Positions 1-9,713 of a DNA stretch of 64,000 bases are shown piece after piece. A model generated the notes under the pieces. The model saw nothing but the letters and a program-made list of their open reading frames with translations. It did no database searches and had not been told where the DNA came from. A program made the position numbers and the translations under genes. This DNA comes from Escherichia phage ECO319P1, in sequence record OP172790; one strand, given 5' to 3'. Position 1 is the stretch's first letter. Every line of letters starts with the position of its first letter.

Positions 1-594
1 AACCTCACTGTTGGTGCTAATTGGGGTATGATTAGCAAAACTGGTGATAGCAAAGCGGCTGGCTTCTTCAACCGTATGGCATCTGCTCTGGGTGCTGGAG
101 ATACAGTGAAAACCGCTGTTGACCTTGACCTGTCAATGGTCTTCGCTAACGCCAAAGGCGAACTGGTAGACATGTGCTACTACGGCAATAAGCGTCTGTT
201 CAGTGGTGCAGTTCTGCACTCTGGTGACGACCTCGTTGGTGACGACGAGCAGAACGAAGATGATAACGAACTGATTAAGTTCGAAGGCATGAAGGTTCCG
301 TTCGATGTTACCACTGTGTACGTTGTACTGAACTCCTTCCGCCATCAGATGTTCGATGAAATCCCATACATCGGCATCTCTTTCTACGAAGGTCTGGTGA
401 ACAAGGGCTCCAAAGGTCTGCGATTCGCTGAGGCTCGTGTTGAGAAAGAGAAAGAAGCTGCTGGCAAAGAGTGCTGCATCCTCGCTAAGATTGTCCGTAC
501 TGGCAAAGGCTGGAACGTGACTCCGCTGTTCGACTACACCTCGGACACCAATCTGCGCGACCTTGCTCGCACTGCAATTCGTAAGCACGGCTAA
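1..594 (+). CDS. TerD-domain protein, 5' end truncated by window edge
   Basis: Frame is open from nt 1 with no upstream stop; product shows DLD...GDD...GDDE acidic motifs and length typical of TerD-fold proteins. Confidence 0.65.
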   Translation, partial: NLTVGANWGMISKTGDSKAAGFFNRMASALGAGDTVKTAVDLDLSMVFANAKGELVDMCYYGNKRLFSGAVLHSGDDLVGDDEQNEDDNELIKFEGMKVPFDVTTVYVVLNSFRHQMFDEIPYIGISFYEGLVNKGSKGLRFAEARVEKEKEAAGKECCILAKIVRTGKGWNVTPLFDYTSDTNLRDLARTAIRKHG

Positions 595-653
595 TCGTGC
601 CAAGCCCACTTTAGGATAGAGGTGGGCAACAACTATAAGGAGAGTAATCCCCG

Positions 654-1079
654 ATGAGTTGGTTTATGTGCTGGTTAGCACTAACTCTTAACATTTACAC
701 GGAGGCAGGTGGAGAGGGTGAGCAAGGTATGAGGATGATTGCTGATGTAGCGGTCACTCGTACTACGCACAAAGATTACCCAGATAACATTAGCAAAGTT
801 ATTCTTCAACCGGGTCAATTTTCTTGGACTTATAACTTAAAGTCGAGGTCTGAGAAAGGATTAGTTGCTTATAATAAGCGTCTCTTAAAGTCTAAGAGAA
901 TGACTAATCCAAAAGAAAGAGAAGCATATGCCATAGCGATGAAAGTCGCGTACAGAGCTTTACAGCCGGGGTATAAACCCAAGTACAGGTATACTCACTT
1001 CTACAGTGGGACAGACAAGCCCAAGTGGGCTAAAAACAAACGTGCCGTCAAACACGGCAACCATTACTTTATCAAATAA
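654..1079 (+). CDS. SleB-like cell wall hydrolase
   Basis: AAGGAG RBS upstream of ATG; EAGGEGEQG...AVT.RT...LQPGQFSW motif pattern typical of SleB/Hydrolase_2 family; hydrophobic N-terminus. Confidence 0.65.
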   Translation: MSWFMCWLALTLNIYTEAGGEGEQGMRMIADVAVTRTTHKDYPDNISKVILQPGQFSWTYNLKSRSEKGLVAYNKRLLKSKRMTNPKEREAYAIAMKVAYRALQPGYKPKYRYTHFYSGTDKPKWAKNKRAVKHGNHYFIK

Positions 1080-1088
1080 GGATTCACA

Positions 1089-1301
1089 ATGTTCTCCTCC
1101 AACAAACCAACCTTCTCCTCGGCAATGAAGATGTTCACCAAAGCTCAGGAAGAACTGAAAGCTGCTGGTGAAGTGAATGCTGCCGAACTGGCAGAAGCCG
1201 AAGCCGCTGTAGCTGCTGCGAAAGAAGAACGTGATAACATCAATCGCGTTACCTCTTTCTTCGACAACCTGCTGGGTAAAGGCCCGGAGTTGACTAAGTA
1301 A
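1089..1301 (+). CDS. hypothetical protein (Ala/Glu-rich helical)
   Basis: AAGGA RBS, ATG start, tight packing with neighbours. Confidence 0.5.
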   Translation: MFSSNKPTFSSAMKMFTKAQEELKAAGEVNAAELAEAEAAVAAAKEERDNINRVTSFFDNLLGKGPELTK

Positions 1302-1849
1302 TGCGTAAAGTTGCAATCATTGGAGCCTGTATCGGCTCCTTGTTCCTTCTGAGTGGTTGTGATGATAACACTTCCAAGCTGACCGCTGACCAACAGTTCC
1401 AACTGAAACAGATGGAAATGCAGCAAGCTGAGAAGATGCGCAACCAACGTCATGAGTTGGAAATGGCTCGTGCCATGAATCCTGCTCCTGTTATTCAATC
1501 TGAGACTCGCTATGTTGAGTCAGAGCCACAGGTGATTTACCGCGATGTTCCAGCACAACCTGCACCTCAACCCCATTCTGTCAGCCCTGATAGCTATGGG
1601 TACAGTAGCAGCAATAGTGATTCTGGGAGCGGTATTGGCTCACACGTCGCAACGGCAGCCGTAGGTGCTGCTGCTGGCTATTATGCTGGCAAGTACACCT
1701 CAACGCCGAAAGGCCAGCAACAAGTACAGACGATGAAGTCTAAGACTAAATCAATGTACGACACTGGTAAGAAGAAAGCCTACACAGGCTATCGCTTTAC
1801 CAAAAGCAAAACAACCTCAGCGTATCGCTCATTCAAGAAACGAAAGTAA
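1301..1849 (+). CDS. putative lipoprotein
   Basis: N-terminal signal peptide ending in lipobox LLSGC; start overlaps upstream stop (TAATG); basic C-terminus. Confidence 0.6.
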   Translation: MRKVAIIGACIGSLFLLSGCDDNTSKLTADQQFQLKQMEMQQAEKMRNQRHELEMARAMNPAPVIQSETRYVESEPQVIYRDVPAQPAPQPHSVSPDSYGYSSSNSDSGSGIGSHVATAAVGAAAGYYAGKYTSTPKGQQQVQTMKSKTKSMYDTGKKKAYTGYRFTKSKTTSAYRSFKKRK

Positions 1850-1861
1850 CGGAGATTCAAC

Positions 1862-2230
1862 ATGAACCTGATTGAAGTACTGAAAGACCAACTGGATAAA
1901 GAAGGCGCGATTCTGGACAACGCAAAGCGTGACGATAAAAACGTTCGTGCTGCGATTCAAGTCTCGAAAGAGATTCGTAAAGTGCTGGCTGAAAACATTC
2001 GCGGCATCAAAGCGCAGATTAAAGAGTCTGACCGTGCATCGAATGGTGCTAAGTCAAGCCTGCTGCGTCGCTCTCTGGCGTTCTTCCGTGAACAGTACAA
2101 CGACCTGTTCGAAGAAATCTACATGCTTCGTGCTCAGAAGGGCATGATTACTTCCTATCTGAAAACTCAGACGGAACTGGTTGTGTCGCTGGATGCCGAA
2201 TGGGAGAAAGCGAAACGTGAAGCTCAGTAA
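1862..2230 (+). CDS. hypothetical protein
   Basis: GGAG RBS, ATG start, 122 aa ORF. Confidence 0.55.
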   Translation: MNLIEVLKDQLDKEGAILDNAKRDDKNVRAAIQVSKEIRKVLAENIRGIKAQIKESDRASNGAKSSLLRRSLAFFREQYNDLFEEIYMLRAQKGMITSYLKTQTELVVSLDAEWEKAKREAQ

Positions 2231-2465
2231 GTTCAACATCTTTAAGTTGTGCTTTGTAGCTGTGTTGGCGGCCTTAATGGCTGCCTTCTTCTACTTCCGT
2301 GGCATCGACTTCAAAGACTGTCTCATGGCGAAGTATGACCTTCAGCGTGAAACAACCTTCCGCATCCTGACTGGTGCTTGCACTACGAAGGGCAAAGACG
2401 GAAGTCTGATTTATGTTAAGCAACTTCGTGGCTTCGGCGATGATGTTGTTGACGACCATCAATAA
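2193..2465 (+). CDS. hypothetical small membrane protein (start uncertain)
   Basis: ORF with one predicted TM helix (LCFVAVLAALMAAFFYF); track start 2181 is TTG, alternative ATG 2193 or GTG 2214. Confidence 0.3.
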   Translation: MPNGRKRNVKLSKFNIFKLCFVAVLAALMAAFFYFRGIDFKDCLMAKYDLQRETTFRILTGACTTKGKDGSLIYVKQLRGFGDDVVDDHQ

Positions 2466-2475
2466 GAGGTGACAA

Positions 2476-3348
2476 ATGGTTTGGGCAGTTATTGAAAACC
2501 ACAAAGGCCAACGGGAAGATTTCCGTAAGCCGTGCTTTGGTTTCATGTCCTACATTCATCAGTGGTACGAAACTGACGAGTGGGACGACGAAGAGGACGA
2601 TTGGGAATACGAATACCTTGAAGGTTTCGAACCCGCCGAACTCAACCTCATGCACTACTTCCCTGATTTCCGCAACCATATGCCGAGTCAGGATTTGCCT
2701 GAGTTCCGTGAGAAGTATCTGCCTGTGCTGTTGGAAGCTGTGAAGCTTCTGCCTCAGTATTACTCGAACGTTGAGTACACTGCTCCAACTGATAGCACTC
2801 AGGAGACGTTTACGTTCGCCCTGCAAGATGCGAACATGCAAACGACAATCATCGGTGCTATGATGCTGCGTAACATTGCTCAGTATTCTGGTATGCGTCG
2901 CGTGTTCCGTCTTTGCGTTGACGCTGGCCTTGACCCTGTAACCTGCTTCGTTATGGGTAACATGTACAGCAGCAACTACTGCTCGTTTGGTGCTGATGCT
3001 GGTAAGTATCTGGCAAACCCTGTTCACTACGGTGACGAGTCAATCTTCCCAGATGAAACTCGCGCTTGTGATATCCAGGCGTTCATTGACGGTAAGCTCG
3101 GTCACATCTACCAAGGTGTGTGGGGCGATACTGAAAATGGTTATGGTCGTTATGGTGAGTATGACGGTGATACCGCACCTCGCTTTGAACGTACCGGTAA
3201 TCGTTCAACCATCACTGACACTCTGCTGTTGGCTGATGATTACGTTGACTCACCATTGCTGATGGATATCGAAATCGGTGTTTGTTCATCGGCTCGCTTC
3301 AGTGATGAAGAGTTGATTGTTCTTGCTGGTAAAATTACTGGTAAATAA
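2476..3348 (+). CDS. hypothetical protein, first gene of amidoligase cluster (acidic W/E/D-rich N-region)
   Basis: AGAGGTG RBS, ATG start, 290 aa; co-oriented and tightly spaced with downstream ligase genes. Confidence 0.6.
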   Translation: MVWAVIENHKGQREDFRKPCFGFMSYIHQWYETDEWDDEEDDWEYEYLEGFEPAELNLMHYFPDFRNHMPSQDLPEFREKYLPVLLEAVKLLPQYYSNVEYTAPTDSTQETFTFALQDANMQTTIIGAMMLRNIAQYSGMRRVFRLCVDAGLDPVTCFVMGNMYSSNYCSFGADAGKYLANPVHYGDESIFPDETRACDIQAFIDGKLGHIYQGVWGDTENGYGRYGEYDGDTAPRFERTGNRSTITDTLLLADDYVDSPLLMDIEIGVCSSARFSDEELIVLAGKITGK

Positions 3349-3359
3349 AGGATAAAACA

Positions 3360-4304
3360 ATGTCAGTAAAATTCGACGTAGTTTACAAGGATGGATTCAA
3401 ATTGAAAATGACCTCAATTTGTTTCGGTGTAATGGAGAAGGGGCGCTGGAATGAAATCAACGGGTATCGCAATATGCCCGCTGAGAATCATCAGGATGCA
3501 GACCAGCGCTTCATTCAGTTCTACACCAACGCTTACATTCACCCGATGTGGGCGTATGAAGAAGGTATTAAGCGCGATTGGCCTCGTGGTGAAGATAACC
3601 AAGAAGGTCGAAACAAAGCTTCGAAGAACTTCATCAATGAGATGAAAGAACTTCAGAAAGACATGCCGTTCCTGCAAGGGCTTGTCACCTTCCATCCATT
3701 GTTACACGTTGCCCGTGTGCATATCAAAAATCACACGGTTGACCAGATTATGCTGGCATTGTTTTTGGTACGTAACATGTGCCATTACAGCAACAACTGT
3801 TTCACTTACCGCTGGTTACGTGAGACATACAACATGCGTCCAATGCTGGCGGCAGTAATGTGCCATCAGTTCTCAATGGACTTAGGCTCGTTCGGGCGTC
3901 ATTCGTTCTCTCCAGCATGTCTGGGTGAGTACAACTGGATTAACCCCCAGACGTTCGGTAAAGAGTCGTTGCTTCGTTTCATGACCCATACGAAAGAAAC
4001 AGAATTCGAATATCGTCAGGGCATGTGGAAGGACAGTAAAGGTTATCGTCGTGACGACCACTTTGCTCGTAACGATGTTATCTTCGACAGCGAAATCGGC
4101 GGCTCGAACAAATACTGGAAGATGGTAGCACCATTCAGTATTCCGGGCGACGAAGCGATTAATGCCAATCAATGTAAAGACCGTTATAGCGGTATGGTGA
4201 TTGGTCGCAGTTGGAACCACGAACTGAGCCAAGGTGAAGTAGAGAACTACATCAGTGGTGTTCTCGAACTTCTGGCAGAAAACAATATCCCAGCAACTCT
4301 CTAA
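3360..4304 (+). CDS. hypothetical protein (amidoligase cluster)
   Basis: AAGGA RBS, ATG start, 314 aa, 11-nt spacing from upstream gene. Confidence 0.6.
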   Translation: MSVKFDVVYKDGFKLKMTSICFGVMEKGRWNEINGYRNMPAENHQDADQRFIQFYTNAYIHPMWAYEEGIKRDWPRGEDNQEGRNKASKNFINEMKELQKDMPFLQGLVTFHPLLHVARVHIKNHTVDQIMLALFLVRNMCHYSNNCFTYRWLRETYNMRPMLAAVMCHQFSMDLGSFGRHSFSPACLGEYNWINPQTFGKESLLRFMTHTKETEFEYRQGMWKDSKGYRRDDHFARNDVIFDSEIGGSNKYWKMVAPFSIPGDEAINANQCKDRYSGMVIGRSWNHELSQGEVENYISGVLELLAENNIPATL

Positions 4305-4316
4305 GGTAATAAAGAC

Positions 4317-5114
4317 ATGCGTAAGATTTACTTAGGTTCAGACCCAGAGCTGTTTACTCGTGATGCAAACGGCCTCGTATCATCTGTAGCTGGTAAGCTC
4401 GGTGCTGATAAGTATCACAAACGCCATGTCACGGACGACATTCGCATTCAGGAAGATAACGTGCTGGTTGAATTTGATATCAACCCGCATGGCACATTTG
4501 CAGGGTTCAACGATAACATGATGCGTGGTATCGCTGCCTGTAATGACGCTGCGAAATCTGTCGGTCACGAAGTTGACCTGACTATCTGCTCTCACGTTTT
4601 CAGCGATGCAGAGCTTCGTACTTTCCACAAAGACGCATTCGTGTTTGGCTGTGAGCCAGACTTCAATGCCCTGACTGGTTCTCGTAATGCGAAACCGGCT
4701 GCTGCGGATGTAGGTCTGCGTACTGCCGGTGGTCATATTCATATCGGTTATAACGAAGACCGCAACGTTGACTCTGAATCTCAGAAGATTCTGGGTGTAA
4801 TGTGTGATTACTTCCTCGGTATGCCAGCTATCCTTCTGGATGGTGACGACCGTCGTAAAGAACTGTATGGTAAAGCTGGAGCTTGCCGCTTCAAAACCTA
4901 CGGTATCGAGTATCGTGTTCTGTCCAACTTCTGGACTCTGGACGATAAGATGCGTCTGTGGGCTTGGGAACAGGCTCATAAAGCATACGACTTCACTGTT
5001 GGTGATGCAATGGTGTTGGCGTCAATTGTTGACCCGGAAGAAATTCAGCGTGTCATTAATAACAATGACAAGGCAATGGCTGAACATTACATCAAGCTGC
5101 TGGAGATTATGTAA
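4317..5114 (+). CDS. putative carboxylate-amine (COOH-NH2) ligase, amidoligase family paralog A
   Basis: Motifs GSDPELF (acidic pair), GGHIHIG (His-x-His), GIEYRV (Glu-x-Arg) matching the pattern of the neighbouring ligase paralog and of glutamine-synthetase-like amidoligases. Confidence 0.55.
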   Translation: MRKIYLGSDPELFTRDANGLVSSVAGKLGADKYHKRHVTDDIRIQEDNVLVEFDINPHGTFAGFNDNMMRGIAACNDAAKSVGHEVDLTICSHVFSDAELRTFHKDAFVFGCEPDFNALTGSRNAKPAAADVGLRTAGGHIHIGYNEDRNVDSESQKILGVMCDYFLGMPAILLDGDDRRKELYGKAGACRFKTYGIEYRVLSNFWTLDDKMRLWAWEQAHKAYDFTVGDAMVLASIVDPEEIQRVINNNDKAMAEHYIKLLEIM

Positions 5115-5692
5115 TGGCTTTACACGATGATTTTGCAATGTACTATAATGGTACATATGTTGGTTATCGTAAAGATGGGGATGTAGTCCCCTTCTACATC
5201 GAAGCGGTTGATACTGACCGCTCAATCTTTGATTACTCAGAAGCGTCTGAGTCAGAGATGTTCGGTGACCAAGCGCTGAGTGCGTTGACCTTCTACGGAA
5301 GTATCGACGGCAACCGTGCAACGATTAACCACGACGACCCGAATCTGGTTCTTGAAATGCCAGATAGTAAGTACATCCAGTTCCGTGGACGTTACTATTG
5401 GGTTCAATGGCGAGCGAACCGTTCCACTAAGAAGGGAATGGGTCAGCGTCGTCTCTCAGGCATTCCGCAATTCAACCATGAAGTCGCTCGTGCGATGTTC
5501 TCGGAGCGGTCTGCACCAAACGTAATCGCAGGATGCTTGTTACGTCAGAATAATGAACTTCACTACAAGGGTGTGGTGGTCGGTTCAATCAATGGCAACG
5601 AAGTTGTGTTGGTTTCCGAAGCTGCTCACCTGTTACGTTTTGTATCACGGGAGATGCAGGAATGCCAAGTTTCGGTAGCACAAGCGGGCTAA
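5114..5692 (+). CDS. hypothetical protein (amidoligase cluster)
   Basis: Start overlaps upstream stop (TAATG), GGAG RBS; 192 aa. Confidence 0.55.
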   Translation: MALHDDFAMYYNGTYVGYRKDGDVVPFYIEAVDTDRSIFDYSEASESEMFGDQALSALTFYGSIDGNRATINHDDPNLVLEMPDSKYIQFRGRYYWVQWRANRSTKKGMGQRRLSGIPQFNHEVARAMFSERSAPNVIAGCLLRQNNELHYKGVVVGSINGNEVVLVSEAAHLLRFVSREMQECQVSVAQAG

Positions 5693-7173
5693 GTGAGTCG
5701 TCATTAGCAACCCTCCGCGAAGCGGGGGTGATTGACTCAGAAGGTAACTGGTTAACTGGTAACATGCCTTCACCTTTTGGTGGAGGTTTGGTTGGTTATA
5801 ACACTGCTGATGTTATTCCTGACACACCACCACCAAGACCAGCACGGACAAGACACGATGGGCGACCATTGCGTTCAAGTTCGTATGCCGACATGTTCGG
5901 TGGTCTTCGTGCTCAGCCGGTTGCTATGGATGAAATGCCTGAGACTTCAGGTGATTATTATATTTCTGGTAATGTAGAGGCCGATTCAGAAATGCAAACT
6001 ATTGCGCAAATTGTTGGGCACCGTGCAACTTATCCAACTCTTGAGAAGCATCCGCTGATTGTAGGTACAAATTTGGCAGGTGTTGAGATTGAGTTGGAGG
6101 GCATCACTGCTCGTGCTCCACGTTTCAACTACTGGACAGCAAAAGGTGATGGCTCTCTCCGTAACCGTGGGATGGAATTTGTTTGTTCATCTCCGTGGGG
6201 TGGTCGTGACCTGTACAATGCAGCCATTGAAATTGATGGTTGGTTGTTCACTGCTCAGCCAGAAGATACTTGGCGTTGTTCTACTCACGTACACATTGAT
6301 GTTCGTGATATGACTGTGCCGCAGTTGAAGCGAATGATTCTGGCATATGCAGTTTACGAACGTATTCTGTTCAAATGCTCAGGCTTCCATCGTTACAAGA
6401 ATAACTTCTGTGTAGCGTTGGGCTTCGCTCAGGAGTTGGTAACAACTCTGTCTAATGCGTGGGCACTTCCTGATAACCAGTTCATCAGTCGTTTGACTGG
6501 AAATTGGGATAAGTATTCCAGCATCAACATGCTTCCGATTCAGCAGTTCGGCTCTGTCGAATTCCGTATCAGTGAAGCGAAGTGGCGCAAAGGTCGTCTG
6601 ATTCGTTTGGTTAACCGCTTCCTGTCTCTGAAAGAGATTGCGATGCAGCCATTCGAGGGTTCAGAGTCTGAATTCATTCAGATGCTGGTCAATACCCCGA
6701 TTAGCAAAATCATTCGTAAAGGTCTGCCGAAGGTTCTTCCAGATGCAGAGATGGATATCGAGATTGGTTATAAACTGGCTCACGATATCATTAGCATGGC
6801 GGCCTTGCGTCGCCTGTCTATCCGCCCTCTGGTTCCGAATCTGTCAGATGATTCACGACAGTTTAACGTTGAAATCTTCGAGCCGGGTTATGAGCATATT
6901 ATGACTCGTATCAACCGCTCAGATAATAACGTTGAGTTGCCTCGTGAAGCCCCTGCAACTATCAACTTTAGTTGGTGGTATGAAGTTGAGAATCTGATGC
7001 TTCAGATGGGTCATACCTACGAGCGCAGTTGGTTCACAGCATCAAGCAACAACCGTCAGATTCACTCACTGTTCGAAGAGTATTGTCGTGAACGTCGTGC
7101 TGAGCGTCGTCGTCAGGATGAAATCGTTGAACGTGAAGATGATGAAGACGATACCTCTCCAGAGTTCTGGTAA
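5662..7173 (+). CDS. putative carboxylate-amine (COOH-NH2) ligase, amidoligase family paralog B
   Basis: Motifs GVEIELEG, GDGSL, STHVHIDV, GSVEFRI shared with paralog A; N-terminal approx 110 aa low-complexity; start overlaps upstream gene so true start may be later. Confidence 0.6.
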   Translation: MPSFGSTSGLSESSLATLREAGVIDSEGNWLTGNMPSPFGGGLVGYNTADVIPDTPPPRPARTRHDGRPLRSSSYADMFGGLRAQPVAMDEMPETSGDYYISGNVEADSEMQTIAQIVGHRATYPTLEKHPLIVGTNLAGVEIELEGITARAPRFNYWTAKGDGSLRNRGMEFVCSSPWGGRDLYNAAIEIDGWLFTAQPEDTWRCSTHVHIDVRDMTVPQLKRMILAYAVYERILFKCSGFHRYKNNFCVALGFAQELVTTLSNAWALPDNQFISRLTGNWDKYSSINMLPIQQFGSVEFRISEAKWRKGRLIRLVNRFLSLKEIAMQPFEGSESEFIQMLVNTPISKIIRKGLPKVLPDAEMDIEIGYKLAHDIISMAALRRLSIRPLVPNLSDDSRQFNVEIFEPGYEHIMTRINRSDNNVELPREAPATINFSWWYEVENLMLQMGHTYERSWFTASSNNRQIHSLFEEYCRERRAERRRQDEIVEREDDEDDTSPEFW

Positions 7174-7232
7174 GAATAAATGTGGGGTGTAAAAGCCCCA
7201 ACTTCAATGTAAATAGATGAAAGGATTTTTGT

Positions 7233-9203
7233 ATGTGTGGGATTGTTCTCGCTGGTGGTAACTTAATCGCTCGTGATGTTGAACTGTTCGGTCGTCTACT
7301 GTATGCAGATATCGTTCGTGGTGAGCATTCAACGGGTGTGTTCGCAGGGTTTCGTCCTTTTGGTCATGACCCAATCCTGAAACTTCGTAAAGCCGCTGTT
7401 CCGGCAGATATCTTCTTACGCCGCAAAGAGTTATGGGGTGAAGTGCGTGAACACGCAGTTCCTTCAAAGACTGTTGCAAATTCTTTCACAACTGCCTATC
7501 CGAAATTTATGGTAGGCCACAACCGTTATGCAACTCAGGGTGCAATTAACGATACGAACGCTCACCCGTTCAACCACGGTAAAATCACTCTGGTTCACAA
7601 TGGTACATTGACTGACCAGTCTCTGCTCCCAGACCATAAGAACTTCGCTGTTGACAGTGAAAACGTCGCATGGTCAATCAACAAAATCGGTATTGATGAA
7701 ACTATTCAGAAATTGAATGGTGCATTCACTCTGGTTTGGCATAACGCCGAAGACAGCACGGTGAACATCATCCGTAACGAAGAACGTCCATTCCATCTGG
7801 TTGAAACAACTGGTGGTGATTGGTTCGGTGCTTCGGAAGAAGACATGCTTCTGTGGTTAATTAACCGCAAGAAGTTTGCTCCAACAATCAAACGTCACTT
7901 TGAATGTGAAGTAGGTGTTCAGTACGTCTTTGACGTATCCGAAGGCTTCAAGTTCAAGGAGGAACGGAAGCATACGCTTCCAACCTTTCGCTCATATTCC
8001 TACACTGGAAGAACTGGTGGTTATTGGTATGACCAGTGGGATGATGACTATGGGTACGGAAACGGACGAGGAACTTCAACAACTTCTCGCAACCAATCCA
8101 ATAGCCAGAGCTTTAGCTCAAGCTCTTCTAGCGTAACACCGGACAGCCGTTACAAGCAGTTCAATGATATGCTGGAAAGCCACGGCATCAACGTCAAAAT
8201 GGGTGAGCAACTCCGCTTCGAGAGCTTCCAGTTTGACCAGTATCCTAAGTCTCTGGGCAAGGGTAAAATGACCGGGTATACTGGCACTGGCGAGTATATT
8301 GAGGTTCAGGCTCACGGCACTGATATGGGCATCTTTGTTGAAGGTGCTGAGTACGATGGTAAGATTATCTCGTGCTATGAGCAGAATTACATTCTGACAA
8401 TTATCGTTCAAGACCCAAAACCTGCTCATGTTAATCAGACACTGACCCTCGGTGATTTGGTTAACTCGGCGGCAAAGGAAACTCCAATTCCTGATACAGG
8501 GATTAGTCAGGAAGAGTTGAACGAAGAGTACTACGGTGACGAGGAAGAAGACGACGGCAACGAAGTCGAAGTAACCTTGAACGGTGAGGTGTACTCAAAA
8601 AAGGAATGGGAGGGAAACGACTCATTAAATACTTGCGCAAACTGTTCCTCTCCAATCCCCTTCGACGACGTGATTGATACGGTTGTCGATAATGGCGCTG
8701 CATTCTGCCATGATTGCGCAAAGCATTACAACCTGTTACCCCCTGAGACGGAGGAGCCAATTGCTCCTAACCGTTTCGTCTGCCAAAGCTGTGCCAACGA
8801 ATTGCCGGAAGATTTAGAATCGGCAAAGCCGGGTGTCTGCATTCCTTGTCTTTGCGCTGTAACTAAAGACAACAATACGGAAATGGCACGTCAACAGTTA
8901 ATCGAAAAGTACGACCGTTGGGAATCCAATTTGATGCCAGAGGAAGTGGTCACTCCACTGCTTCCGAAACCAACTGAAGTCTCTCTCGGTGAAATTTCAC
9001 TGATTCGCAAGAAGTTGAAAAACAACTTGCTGGTTACTGTTAAGCAGTGGATGAAGATGAACAACTGTGGTTGGTGTCAAAAGCCAATCCAGTGGGTTGA
9101 TGCTGAAGCCACTGAATTTGTTGGTCAGCAGCCATGCTGTCCGGGATGCTCCAAGAAATTAGAGATGGGCATCCTTCCAAAACCTATCAATAAGGATAAA
9201 TGA
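7233..9203 (+). CDS. class-II glutamine amidotransferase-like (Ntn, Cys2) protein with C-terminal multi-CxxC zinc-ribbon region
   Basis: Begins MCGIVLAGG (nucleophile Cys directly after Met) with NRYATQG...HPF motifs of Ntn GATase-II; Ser-rich linker; C-terminal CxxC pairs (CANC..CHDC, CQSC..CIPC, CGWC..CPGC). Confidence 0.7.
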   Translation: MCGIVLAGGNLIARDVELFGRLLYADIVRGEHSTGVFAGFRPFGHDPILKLRKAAVPADIFLRRKELWGEVREHAVPSKTVANSFTTAYPKFMVGHNRYATQGAINDTNAHPFNHGKITLVHNGTLTDQSLLPDHKNFAVDSENVAWSINKIGIDETIQKLNGAFTLVWHNAEDSTVNIIRNEERPFHLVETTGGDWFGASEEDMLLWLINRKKFAPTIKRHFECEVGVQYVFDVSEGFKFKEERKHTLPTFRSYSYTGRTGGYWYDQWDDDYGYGNGRGTSTTSRNQSNSQSFSSSSSSVTPDSRYKQFNDMLESHGINVKMGEQLRFESFQFDQYPKSLGKGKMTGYTGTGEYIEVQAHGTDMGIFVEGAEYDGKIISCYEQNYILTIIVQDPKPAHVNQTLTLGDLVNSAAKETPIPDTGISQEELNEEYYGDEEEDDGNEVEVTLNGEVYSKKEWEGNDSLNTCANCSSPIPFDDVIDTVVDNGAAFCHDCAKHYNLLPPETEEPIAPNRFVCQSCANELPEDLESAKPGVCIPCLCAVTKDNNTEMARQQLIEKYDRWESNLMPEEVVTPLLPKPTEVSLGEISLIRKKLKNNLLVTVKQWMKMNNCGWCQKPIQWVDAEATEFVGQQPCCPGCSKKLEMGILPKPINKDK

Positions 9204-9204
9204 T

Positions 9205-9438
9205 ATGGATAATTCAATGAGTGAAGTGAAGGTTTTGCGTCTGGATTCACCTGTGGTGGTTCGAAAAGTTCCAATGACTGACTTCGGTAGTGATATGCTC
9301 CGAGCCATTCGTCGCTTCCAAACTGAGGCGTATGAACGTGCAAAAGGTCAGAAGGTGGAAATCCCTTATCCTGTGTGTATTCACATGATGATGTCGGATT
9401 ACTGCAAGCTGAAAGGCATCCAAGTAACCAATGGCTGA
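9205..9438 (+). CDS. hypothetical protein
   Basis: AAGGA RBS 8 nt upstream of ATG, immediately after upstream stop. Confidence 0.45.
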   Translation: MDNSMSEVKVLRLDSPVVVRKVPMTDFGSDMLRAIRRFQTEAYERAKGQKVEIPYPVCIHMMMSDYCKLKGIQVTNG

Positions 9439-9643
9439 TAAAGATGTCGAAAAGGCTCGCAAGGAAAGCGAGTCTTGGCACAACCGTCAGATTGGAAACT
9501 TGTTAGAAGAAGAGTGGGAGTACGCAAAACAAATGGGTACTCAGGAGGGCCAAGAGGCCATCTGGTATCTCACTCTTTCTTATGAAACACTGGAAGCAGA
9601 AATCATGGAACACAAACGTGATATCCGTGAACTTCATCTTTGA
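9431..9643 (+). CDS. hypothetical protein
   Basis: ORF overlapping upstream stop; weak RBS. Confidence 0.4.
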   Translation: MADKDVEKARKESESWHNRQIGNLLEEEWEYAKQMGTQEGQEAIWYLTLSYETLEAEIMEHKRDIRELHL

Positions 9644-9713
9644 GTGAGTTATTTATAGGGTGTCGGTGAAGCGCCCTATGTGAAATTCATTCTCAACTAA
9701 AAGGTACTTATCA

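Noticed and set aside
133-609. 158-aa minus-strand ORF antisense to the TerD-domain gene
   Set aside because: Entirely overlaps a plus-strand gene with recognisable motifs, has no RBS, and lies in a region where all supported genes are on the plus strand
2416-3027. 203-aa minus-strand ORF overlapping the first ligase-cluster gene
   Set aside because: Antisense to a plus-strand ORF in an otherwise uniformly plus-strand operon; no RBS or motif support
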